A DNA stretch of 57,275 nt, taken from a virus. Lineage: Duplodnaviria > Caudoviricetes. Both the position numbers and the translations under genes were made by a program. Each line of letters opens with the position of its first letter. Positions within the stretch are counted from its first letter, which is position 1. The notes under the pieces are model-generated. The model saw only the letters and a program-made list of their open reading frames with translations, had not been told where the DNA came from and ran no database searches. The DNA lies in IMG/VR virus record IMGVR_UViG_3300021375_000031, positions 1 to 57,275 of that record, one strand, 5' to 3'. Positions 1 to 8,220 of this stretch are shown here, piece after piece.

Positions 1-2149
1 TGGTTGCTGAGTTTAAAGCAAAAGCAAGTGTTGTTGAATTGGATGTTAAAGTAATACCTGTTCCACCTACCATACCTTTAATGCCGTTGAATGAATCTAC
101 ACCTACAACTCTTTGTCCTGCTAGTAAAGATTCACCGTTTCCTTGAAGTCCACCATAGGAATAAGTTACACCAGCATTTGCTCGTTCAACTGCTCCCACT
201 GATGAAGTAGGTGTAAGTTCTCTAATACCTGAACCAGGCGTTTCCACAAACACTTGGTCTCCACTTAGGAATATAGCACGGTCTGTTGAACTGTTTGCAT
301 TTGGAATAAGCAGTTCAGTACTGACTGCTACTGTGCCTAGGTTGGTCATATTGCCTGTATAGTTAGGCAATGTTGTTCCTGTTACTCTAGTATCAACTCT
401 AGTATCAGTATAATAAAAATTTGTTGTGCCTTCTGCTAAATCATCTGTATTTTTTGCTAATGGGTAGTCTGTTGATCCATCATTTGTGAACTCCCATCTA
501 TCTGCTGTTTCGTCCCATTTAATATAAACATCTGCTGATGGATTAGGTCTGTCTACTTTTAAATGAGAATCTTGAGCAACGTTACCACTGTTCATAGTGA
601 TGTCTGCGTTCTCAACTATTAAATCTGTTTGCGTAACTGAGTTTAATGTACCTGTTACGTCTAGGTTACCTGTTACAGTAAATGCTGGAACTGTTGCTCC
701 ACTTAAATCTACTGTGCCTGTAAATGTTTTTGCTCCAGCCATTGACTGGTCGCCTGTTGTTCTTATAACACTACTGTCAACTGCAAAACTTCTTGAAGTG
801 GTAATATCGCCACCTCCACTTAAACCGTCACCTGCTGTTAATGTAACACCACTATGGTCAATATGTTCGTTTGCAACAAAGCCACTTAAACTGTCGTGAA
901 GTATGGCTACATCTGTTGCACTTGTTAGTTGCCCTTGAGCATTAACTGTGAATTGACCTACTGCTGTAGCACTTCCATATGTTGCGGCAGTTACACCACT
1001 ATTAGTAATACTGATGTCACCAGCACTATATGTAATACCTGTTCCACCTACTAAGTGAGCATCTATCCTTGCTTCTGCCTCAGATTGAGTTGGCCCAGTG
1101 TATGTCATTACACCGTTGCTGTAACTAAATGATCCATCGCCACCTGCATCAACCGAACTGAATAATCCTTTTATGTGAGTGTCGTCTGTGATGAATACTC
1201 CAGTACCACTACTGTAAGTAATACCAGTACCTCCGGATACAGCACCTCTATAGTCTGCATTGCTTGGTCCGGTATATGTAAAGTTTCCTGTTGCACTACT
1301 ATAAGTTAAACTTCCGTCTCCACTAGTAACGGCATCTACTGCCGCTCTTACTCTAGCATCAGTATAATATAAATTTGTTGAACCTTCGCTTATGTTATCA
1401 GTATTTCCTGCGAGTTGACTTAATGCTGTTGGAACACTTGCAGGTGTAAATGTAAATACACCGTTGCTGTATGATAATGCTCCGTTACCACTTGCTGAAT
1501 TACTTGTTACACTAAACAATGCTTCTGCGGCTGTTTCAAAATTACTAACTTGTGAACTTGTAATACTTACTGTTGTTTCGCCTGCGGCTGTTATTAATCC
1601 TTTTGCTGTTACAGTAAAGTTTGGTATAGTTGCTCCATCGCCGAAACTTCCTACGTTACTGTTTACTGTTGCTAATGTTCCTGTTAAACTAGGTGCTGAT
1701 GTGTTAGCATTTAATCCTAATGCTACACTACCTGTGACATCGCCTGTTAGTGTTAAAGTTCTATCATTAACTAATGCTCCGGCGTTTGTTGCTGTACCTG
1801 ATAAATTACCTGTAAAGCCACCGCCTCCAATAGAGCCACCGCCGTTAATAATAATTTGCTGTCCTGCTCCAACATAAAAGTTTCCTTCTGCTGGTTTGTT
1901 AAATACAACATTTCCTGAAGCACCATAACTGATATCTGCGTTACTAGATGCGTTTCCTAGTCTTAAAGTTCCTGTTGCGGCATCATTGTCTGCGTTTATG
2001 GCATAAGTGTCTGCACTATTAAGTGTTGTTGTATCGTTAAGATATGTTGTAGTTCCACTAACTACTAAGTTACCGCCTACTGTGAATGTACCATTTTGAG
2101 GATTAAAACTTATATCCCCTTGTGGATTGAAAACTGATTTATCTGCCAT
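1..2149 (-). CDS. Virion fibre-like structural protein (Gly/Thr/Ser-rich repeats), partial, runs off the window start; missing from the ORF track
   Basis: ATG at 2149 with GGAG RBS. The frame reads open from MADKSVFNPQGDISFNP to ...FALNSAT at base 2. Repeats include TDNISEGSTNLYYTDARV/TDDLAEGTTNFYYTDTRV and GDGS(L/F)(T/S)YS..G..TYTGP. GATAAATA lies upstream. Confidence 0.8.
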   Translation of the reverse strand, partial: MADKSVFNPQGDISFNPQNGTFTVGGNLVVSGTTTYLNDTTTLNSADTYAINADNDAATGTLRLGNASSNADISYGASGNVVFNKPAEGNFYVGAGQQIIINGGGSIGGGGFTGNLSGTATNAGALVNDRTLTLTGDVTGSVALGLNANTSAPSLTGTLATVNSNVGSFGDGATIPNFTVTAKGLITAAGETTVSITSSQVSNFETAAEALFSVTSNSASGNGALSYSNGVFTFTPASVPTALSQLAGNTDNISEGSTNLYYTDARVRAAVDAVTSGDGSLTYSSATGNFTYTGPSNADYRGAVSGGTGITYSSGTGVFITDDTHIKGLFSSVDAGGDGSFSYSNGVMTYTGPTQSEAEARIDAHLVGGTGITYSAGDISITNSGVTAATYGSATAVGQFTVNAQGQLTSATDVAILHDSLSGFVANEHIDHSGVTLTAGDGLSGGGDITTSRSFAVDSSVIRTTGDQSMAGAKTFTGTVDLSGATVPAFTVTGNLDVTGTLNSVTQTDLIVENADITMNSGNVAQDSHLKVDRPNPSADVYIKWDETADRWEFTNDGSTDYPLAKNTDDLAEGTTNFYYTDTRVDTRVTGTTLPNYTGNMTNLGTVAVSTELLIPNANSSTDRAIFLSGDQVFVETPGSGIRELTPTSSVGAVERANAGVTYSYGGLQGNGESLLAGQRVVGVDSFNGIKGMVGGTGITLTSNSTTLAFALNSAT

Positions 2150-2171
2150 TTAAGAAACTCCTAATTACAAG

Positions 2172-2179
2172 TATTTATC
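2172..2179 (-). promoter_or_regulatory. Late promoter GATAAATA (T4 TATAAATA-like) for the fibre gene
   Basis: TATTTATC on the + strand, 22 nt upstream of the ATG and just after the capsid terminator; the same octamer recurs before many structural genes. Confidence 0.7.
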
Positions 2180-2204
2180 AGATTGTTGCAAATTTTTTAC
2201 AGTC

Positions 2205-2232
2205 AAAAAAAAGCACTCCGAGGAGTGCTTTT
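2205..2232 (-). terminator. Rho-independent terminator after the major capsid gene
   Basis: Minus strand AAAAGCACTC-CTCG-GAGTGCTTTTTTTT: perfect stem plus U8 tract, ~25 nt after the gp23 stop. Confidence 0.9.
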
Positions 2233-2257
2233 AGTATTCAAGTTCTGAATTAAATTC

Positions 2258-3412
2258 TTATTTGAATGATACGTTTGAAAGTGCAATTTCACCGACATAG
2301 TCAGCCGCGTTACCCAATGAACTTGCTGTATTAGTAAGTTCTAAGTAACCGTAACGTGTCATAAATGAAACTACTGGTTCAAAACTGTTTGGATCCATAA
2401 CTGGTCCTGTACTCATTAAAGGAATATATGGGCAATAGAACGCAGGTGCGTCTGTTTCGCTTGATCCTTTATAACCAACTAATACAGAGCCACCGTCTGC
2501 TTGATATTGGTCTACGAATACTTTAATAGTACCGTTAAGTGTACCAACTAATTTGCTGTTTGAAGGTGCATCAAATGATCCTTCAGTTGTTCTTGCAAAA
2601 GTAGAAGTTGTCGCACTTTGTAAAATTGTTAATGCTTCTGGTGAAACAACAACATAGTTACCTGCGCCTCTTCTTGTTCTTGCCGCAATTAAGTTAGCCG
2701 CTCTGTTGATTCCGATTGCTAGTACGGCGTGCTTGTCACCGATGAATGCTGGAGTTCCGGAAATGTTTCCTGAACTTGCATCGAAGTCTAATGTATCAAC
2801 TGTTGGTGCTAGAGATCTGAGGTTGCCAAGCATTTCTTGGTCGATTTCAACCGCGATTTCTTGTGCAAGTGCCTGCATAATTTCTGCTTCAACATCAACA
2901 CCGTGCATAGAATTGGCATCTTGAGCACTCTCAAAAGTCCATCTAGCACTTAGACGTCTAGTTTTCGCTTCAACTGTTTGTTTTAAGATTTGAACACTCA
3001 TTTTTCTACCAACTGAACCCTCAGCCGCCGCTGTTGCGTCTGGTGATCCTGCGTAAGTAGATGCTAGTTTGAATGGACTTAATGCTTCGTCGCCTGCATT
3101 TGCTCCACCGCCACTTTCTGCGTATCTTACTCTTAATGTGTGAATTTGACCTACTGGTCCGGTCATTGGCTGTACCCCTAACAATTCGTTAGAAATCAAA
3201 GAAGGTAAAACCCTTCTGATTAAAGGTAGCATAACCTTGTTTAATGTTGCAATATTACCCGCCATTGTAGCACCTGAAGAAGCCGCTTCTTGAAGTTGTA
3301 CTTTAGAATTTTCTAAAATAGTCTCCATAGTCGTCTTCCTGCTACCTTGTAAACCCTCTAATAGAGCGTCTTTCGTTGCGGACCAATTGCTTTCAAATAA
3401 TGCTTCTGCCAT
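2258..3412 (-). CDS. gp23: Major capsid protein, T4 gp23 family (short, 384 aa)
   Basis: Motifs LIRR..P.LI..EL.GVQPMTGPVGQIHTLR, K.TVEAKTRRLSARWT.E.AQD and YKGSSETDAPAFYCPYIPL...MTRYG. Confidence 0.95.
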   Translation of the reverse strand: MAEALFESNWSATKDALLEGLQGSRKTTMETILENSKVQLQEAASSGATMAGNIATLNKVMLPLIRRVLPSLISNELLGVQPMTGPVGQIHTLRVRYAESGGGANAGDEALSPFKLASTYAGSPDATAAAEGSVGRKMSVQILKQTVEAKTRRLSARWTFESAQDANSMHGVDVEAEIMQALAQEIAVEIDQEMLGNLRSLAPTVDTLDFDASSGNISGTPAFIGDKHAVLAIGINRAANLIAARTRRGAGNYVVVSPEALTILQSATTSTFARTTEGSFDAPSNSKLVGTLNGTIKVFVDQYQADGGSVLVGYKGSSETDAPAFYCPYIPLMSTGPVMDPNSFEPVVSFMTRYGYLELTNTASSLGNAADYVGEIALSNVSFK

Positions 3413-3423
3413 TATATTTCTCC

Positions 3424-4542
3424 TTAGTTTAGTCCTGCTAATTTTCTGATTTCGTTTAATTCAACGACATCATTGTTAGTTGCTTCTTGCTCATTGCTGG
3501 CAGGTGCAACCCTGTTACCAGTGTGTTCTGTTGTTTTCACTGATTCATTAAGTGCTTTCTTTTCAGTTCTTACTGATGCGTCCTCATTGAGTACACTTGG
3601 TAAGTACTTATTGAAAGCCTGTTCTAATTTGTTTGTTTGAACTGATTCTAACAATTCAACCATTATTTCTTTTTTCTCTTTGTTAAGCGGAGTCATTAAT
3701 TTATTTAATGTCTCGTTGCGTTGGTACTTGTCCTCTGCAATTCTCAACTTAGAGATAGTTTCTTCGTTCTTCTTAGTAGTTTCTTTTAGTTTCGTGTCTG
3801 CTTCTGTAACTGCTTCTTGCATTACTGCCATCTCTTCTCTAATCTTCTTCACTTCTGAATTTTCATTGAGGTAAGATGAAGCATACTCAGATGCAACCGA
3901 TTCAAAAATTCTTCTACCAAAATCATTTTGCCTTGCCGCTTTAATGTCGTCTCTGTACTGACTAATTTCATTATTAATGATTTTAGTAATACTTGATTCA
4001 ACTTTCCCAGCCGCTTTCTTAATGAATTGCTCTTTAGATTCTGCAAGTTTCTTACGACCTTCAGCAATCAATTGAACTTTCTTCTCAACTAATTCCTGTT
4101 TGTCTTTATGAAACTCTGAAATCTCATCAGCAACTTGTTCAATCACAAAGTTTTCTAACTTACCGATATTTGCTTTATGCGAATCTCTGTCTGCTTTTAA
4201 CTCTTTGATTTCATTTGCTAATGTTTCTGTAACAAACTTATCTAGTAATTTGCTATGTGCATCGATAGACTCTTTATATTTGACTCTATCACTTACTAGT
4301 GCTTGTTTATCTTGTGCGAACTCTTTGATCTCTTCTGCCAGTGCTTCGGAAATAAATGTGTCCATTGCTTCAACTATTTGTCCTTTATCGTGTTCAAATC
4401 GTTGAGCGAACTCTTCCCTTAACTCTGCTGTGATATCATTTCTTGCTTCGCTTAATTGAGCATTCCACGCCGATTGAATTTCGCTTCTTGCCTCTTCAGA
4501 CAATGTGCTTGATTCTAATAGGTCATTAAATGTTGTCGCCAT
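3424..4542 (-). CDS. gp22: Prohead core scaffold protein, gp22-like
   Basis: Coiled-coil E/K-rich protein between protease and capsid; GRRIFE motif; C-terminal IRKLAGL. Confidence 0.8.
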   Translation of the reverse strand: MATTFNDLLESSTLSEEARSEIQSAWNAQLSEARNDITAELREEFAQRFEHDKGQIVEAMDTFISEALAEEIKEFAQDKQALVSDRVKYKESIDAHSKLLDKFVTETLANEIKELKADRDSHKANIGKLENFVIEQVADEISEFHKDKQELVEKKVQLIAEGRKKLAESKEQFIKKAAGKVESSITKIINNEISQYRDDIKAARQNDFGRRIFESVASEYASSYLNENSEVKKIREEMAVMQEAVTEADTKLKETTKKNEETISKLRIAEDKYQRNETLNKLMTPLNKEKKEIMVELLESVQTNKLEQAFNKYLPSVLNEDASVRTEKKALNESVKTTEHTGNRVAPASNEQEATNNDVVELNEIRKLAGLN

Positions 4543-4552
4543 ATGCTCTCTC

Positions 4553-5179
4553 CTATTTCAGATTAAGTTCACGAATAAAATTTAAAATTTCTCGTGATAA
4601 ATGTTTTTGTGCGCCTTTATCGTGTGTAACTGCTTCGGCAATGTCGTGTATTACTCCACCGCCTTGCATATTAAATAAACTTTCCCTTATTGCCTTAGGG
4701 TAGGCATCCGGGGCACTTGGTTGTGCTACGATGTCTACGGTAACTATATCAAAGTCAGACACACGTCCTGACTCGTTTACATTACCGCTACCCCTACTAG
4801 ATACTCCTAACTTAGCACCACTCGTAAGTAGTGTTTTAGCAATATTACCCATAGGCGTATCTAAGAGTTTTAGTTTACCATAGCCGTTTGCGTCTTGCAT
4901 TTCCATATTTGTAATCATATGACTACATCTGTCTAAATTGATTTGTAACTCTTCTGGATGATCTAACTCTCCCAAAACAGTTTCGCCTTCGTCTAGACGT
5001 GACTGAATGCTTTTTACGGCTCTTGCAATCTCTGTAGTAGGATAAACCCTACCATTTTGATTTTTAACGTCTCCTTGAATAAAAAGACCACTCATAACTA
5101 AATCTTTACCGTCGGCACTACTTTCTACTAATAAGTTAGCCTTATCGTGTGAGTAATATTCGTATAATTTTCTAGTCAT
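4553..5179 (-). CDS. gp21: Prohead protease, T4 gp21 family
   Basis: GLFIQGDVKNQNGRVYP, LGELDHP, LGVSSRGSG, DIVAQPSAPDAY. Confidence 0.95.
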   Translation of the reverse strand: MTRKLYEYYSHDKANLLVESSADGKDLVMSGLFIQGDVKNQNGRVYPTTEIARAVKSIQSRLDEGETVLGELDHPEELQINLDRCSHMITNMEMQDANGYGKLKLLDTPMGNIAKTLLTSGAKLGVSSRGSGNVNESGRVSDFDIVTVDIVAQPSAPDAYPKAIRESLFNMQGGGVIHDIAEAVTHDKGAQKHLSREILNFIRELNLK

Positions 5180-5206
5180 TGTATTCTACCTTTTTATTTA
5201 AAAGTC

Positions 5207-6043
5207 TTATCCACTGATAGGACTTTTTCCACCGTCACTTTCATCACCCTTAGGTGCTGGTGCGGCTTTCGGTTCTTCTCCAATGTTGTCACTTGGTGTA
5301 TGGTCTTTAGCACTTTCGCCTTTGACACTTTCTTCGCCACCGTGTGATACGTTGTCTTTTGCTGATGCGCCTGCATCAAATGTTTGTTTAGGCTTAGAAC
5401 TCAAAGGACTTTTACCGCCGCTTTGTGCTTCTTTGCTCTTAACCAACGAAGCCTTATCATCTTGAAGTTTAGTTGCTTCTTCGATTGCTAAATCTTCACT
5501 TTCTTCAGATTCGAAACCTAGTTCTGCTTCTAATTCATCTTCTGAATCTTCAACTTCTTCTTCCGCTTCGTCATCATCTGACATAAGTTTTTCAAATTCT
5601 GCTCTCAAATCATCTAATTGGTCTTCAATATCGTCGACTCTGTCTTCAATTTCTTCTTCGCCTTCTTCTTCTGACTCTTCGCCATCCATTTCAGGTTCCA
5701 TTTCCATTTCCATTTCGTCTTCGCCATCGACTTCTTCGATACTTGATTCTTCTTGGTCAATTTCTTGTTCGATTTCGTCCAGTAAGTCTTCGCTTTCTGC
5801 TCCGCCTACTGTTTCTTCCACAGACTCTTCTTCAGATTCTTCAGCCTCTTCAACTGCCTCTTCTTCAGATTCTTCTGCTTCTTCTACTGTTTCTTCTTCT
5901 ACAGCCTCTTCTTCATCTAATAGACTCTCATAAACATCGCGAGCCTTTTCCACCATAAAATCGTGAATTAAGTCTTTCGCTTTGTCCTGTTCGTCGGCAA
6001 GAAGATGCTCTAAAACTTGTTCTAGTTTTGTTTTATCTGACAT
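5207..6043 (-). CDS. Highly acidic prohead core/internal protein (gp67/gp68-like position)
   Basis: 278 aa with long E/D tracts; GGAGAGG RBS; lies between portal and protease. Confidence 0.65.
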   Translation of the reverse strand: MSDKTKLEQVLEHLLADEQDKAKDLIHDFMVEKARDVYESLLDEEEAVEEETVEEAEESEEEAVEEAEESEEESVEETVGGAESEDLLDEIEQEIDQEESSIEEVDGEDEMEMEMEPEMDGEESEEEGEEEIEDRVDDIEDQLDDLRAEFEKLMSDDDEAEEEVEDSEDELEAELGFESEESEDLAIEEATKLQDDKASLVKSKEAQSGGKSPLSSKPKQTFDAGASAKDNVSHGGEESVKGESAKDHTPSDNIGEEPKAAPAPKGDESDGGKSPISG

Positions 6044-6123
6044 CGTAGCCTCTCCGTTTTGTTATAGTTTTGGTGCTCGGACAATTTGACAAAAAATCAT
6101 ACTGACATACGAGCATCTAATAG

Positions 6124-6131
6124 TATTTAAT
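6124..6131 (-). promoter_or_regulatory. Probable late promoter variant ATTAAATA for the core-protease-scaffold-capsid operon
   Basis: TATTTAAT on the + strand in the intergenic gap; shares the TAAATA core. Confidence 0.45.
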
Positions 6132-6222
6132 GTTCTATGCTGTTTTTATAGTTAAATAGTGTGTTTTTGAACTATTTTTGGTGTTTTTTCGCAGAAAATG
6201 GTATTTCTGGAGTGAAATTGTG

Positions 6223-6441
6223 TTAAATAAGACCGCCGCCCATTCCGCCTGCATTAGGGTCTTGTTTCTTATAAATCTTTTGAACAAACTCTTTACGAGA
6301 TTCATTCTCAGTTTTTTTGTAAAGTTTAATCCTTTTTAACTTGTTCAAATTCTCTAAACTTAACTTAGGCTTTCTAGTGTCATCTAAGTCATACTTATTT
6401 ATCGAATCTGCGTCTGGATTGTAAAACTCATTTAATCTCAT
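6223..6441 (-). CDS. Small hypothetical head-associated protein (72 aa)
   Basis: ATG directly abuts the portal stop; DDTRKPKLSL..LNKL motif; Gly-rich tail. Confidence 0.7.
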   Translation of the reverse strand: MRLNEFYNPDADSINKYDLDDTRKPKLSLENLNKLKRIKLYKKTENESRKEFVQKIYKKQDPNAGGMGGGLI

Positions 6442-8142
6442 TTATATTCCTGGTTCTGTTCCTGGCTCAGTAGTATTTATGTCTCCGCCCGGTGCTAATG
6501 GGTCTATAGGTGCGCCTTCATCTGGTGATAAATCTGGCCCTAAATCAGGAGTTAAGCCTGCATCAACCTGAGGTGTTACTCCAACTTGTCTTAAATTATC
6601 TCCGTCTGGAGCAACATAATCTTCGCCGTTTTCTTCTCTCCAATGCTTTTCATTCTCTAATATTTCTTTTTCACTTAAACCTAAATACTTTTTAAGTTTA
6701 AACTGTGTACTTAGATATGGTATGCCTTCTAACTGTCCAAATACCTGTGCTCTTGCAGTATCTATTTCTAAGTCTCTGTAACTAGCAAAGTTTTGAGCGT
6801 CGGCATATCCAATGCTAAACAGTCCTGCATCAATTTCAAAGCCACTATGCTTTAGGTATCTTTTAAACTCTCTGTCAATTTCTCTTATAATAGTGTTTTG
6901 TAATCTTTGACAATATTTTGTAAATCTATATTCTTGTATATATGCTACGCCAACTTTACCATCATTGTATGTGCCTGTTCCATCATCTGGGCCTGTTGGC
7001 AAATAACTTGTTGGTATTCTTAAACCTCTAAGCAACTTGTTGTTAAAGTATTTTAAGTCATCTATCTCGCCTAAGTTGTCTCCGCCTGGTAGTGTGTCTA
7101 CTTTACTTCCTCTACCTTCTGCTGTTGTGGCAAAGAAATAATCTTCCAACATACTCATTGGATTATAACTGCTGTCTACTACGTTACCGCCTTGACTGTT
7201 TTTGCTTGGTATACGTTTTTGTTGTACTTCGTATCTAACTTTTTCCAAGTATTGCTGTGCTTTGTGGGGAGGCATATTACCTACGTCAATAAAGAACACA
7301 CGTCTTTCAGGTGCTCTGTGTACCCTATATATAATAATAGAGTCTTCTAATAATTCTTTTTGCTTAAACACTTTGAAAACAGGATCTAGTATACTACTAC
7401 CAAAGGGCCAAGTAGGTTCCATACCTTCTGCTAAACTTAAATGTACAACGTGCTCTGCTGGAATAGGCATACTGGTGCTCGATGAACCGTGGTCTGTGCC
7501 TTGTATGTATCCTGCTGTTGATGTAGGATTTGAATAGTCTGTTAATATAGCACCACTTCCATATGGTCTATTATGACTTGGTGCATAGTTAGTAGCGGCT
7601 AAGTCTTTTAAATGGAAGTCTATATTTTTAATAAAGTAGGCATCAATCTTTTTCCCTTTGCTTTCGTTTACAACGACTTTCTCTACATTGGCAGGGTCTA
7701 CCCAAAACAGTTTAAATGTTTCTGGGTCTCTTATGAAAACTTGGTCACCGTACTTTATAGTACCTCTGAACATTCCAAATGCTCTTCTATTAAGTTGATT
7801 TAGTCTGCACCATTGCTCTAACTTTTCTGTGATAATTTTTACTTCACTGTCACTAGGGTCATCATTGTAATGCACTTCAAACGGTGTTTTGCTTTTGTCA
7901 CTCACTTGAGTACTAAATTCTGCTATAGTGTCCAGTGCCGCATTTACTTCCAAATCTCTATCCATTTGGTCATATTGCATATATCTCATTAACCTATCAG
8001 GCGAACCTTGATAAACTTCAGGTAGCCAACTGCTATATCTACTAGTTGCTGATGCACCGTAAGTATCTCCTCCCTGTGTGGGATTAGTTCCATATGGTAA
8101 TCCTGCGTTATCGACTGGTGTAAAGTATTTTTTCCAACTCAT
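6442..8142 (-). CDS. gp20: Portal vertex protein, T4 gp20 family
   Basis: LLEDSIIIYRVHRAPERRVFFIDVGNMP, MLEDYFF, GRGSKVDTLPGGDNLGEIDDLKYF. Confidence 0.96.
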   Translation of the reverse strand: MSWKKYFTPVDNAGLPYGTNPTQGGDTYGASATSRYSSWLPEVYQGSPDRLMRYMQYDQMDRDLEVNAALDTIAEFSTQVSDKSKTPFEVHYNDDPSDSEVKIITEKLEQWCRLNQLNRRAFGMFRGTIKYGDQVFIRDPETFKLFWVDPANVEKVVVNESKGKKIDAYFIKNIDFHLKDLAATNYAPSHNRPYGSGAILTDYSNPTSTAGYIQGTDHGSSSTSMPIPAEHVVHLSLAEGMEPTWPFGSSILDPVFKVFKQKELLEDSIIIYRVHRAPERRVFFIDVGNMPPHKAQQYLEKVRYEVQQKRIPSKNSQGGNVVDSSYNPMSMLEDYFFATTAEGRGSKVDTLPGGDNLGEIDDLKYFNNKLLRGLRIPTSYLPTGPDDGTGTYNDGKVGVAYIQEYRFTKYCQRLQNTIIREIDREFKRYLKHSGFEIDAGLFSIGYADAQNFASYRDLEIDTARAQVFGQLEGIPYLSTQFKLKKYLGLSEKEILENEKHWREENGEDYVAPDGDNLRQVGVTPQVDAGLTPDLGPDLSPDEGAPIDPLAPGGDINTTEPGTEPGI

Positions 8143-8162
8143 ATATTTCTCTTATAGTGTTT

Positions 8163-8191
8163 ATATTACTATATTTATCATTTGATGTCAA
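8163..8191 (-). promoter_or_regulatory. Nested promoters for portal: sigma70-like TTGACA-N17-TAATAT with late GATAAATA (8172-8179) in its spacer
   Basis: Minus strand TTGACA tcaaatGATAAATAtag TAATAT. Confidence 0.6.
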
Positions 8192-8220
8192 TCGGAAGTA
8201 TTGTTGTGGCTGGAGTGCTA

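Noticed and set aside
597-1877. Plus-strand ORFs 597..899 and 1464..1877
   Set aside because: Antisense shadows of the real minus-strand fibre gene; the Pro/Val-rich translation mirrors Gly/Thr codons.
5194-5379. 61-aa alternate-frame ORF at the end of the acidic core gene
   Set aside because: Almost fully nested in 5207..6043; no SD or slippery site seen.
5780-5920. Repeated TCTTCTTCAGATTCTTC units
   Set aside because: Coding repeats of EEAEESEEE in the acidic core protein, not a separate DNA element.
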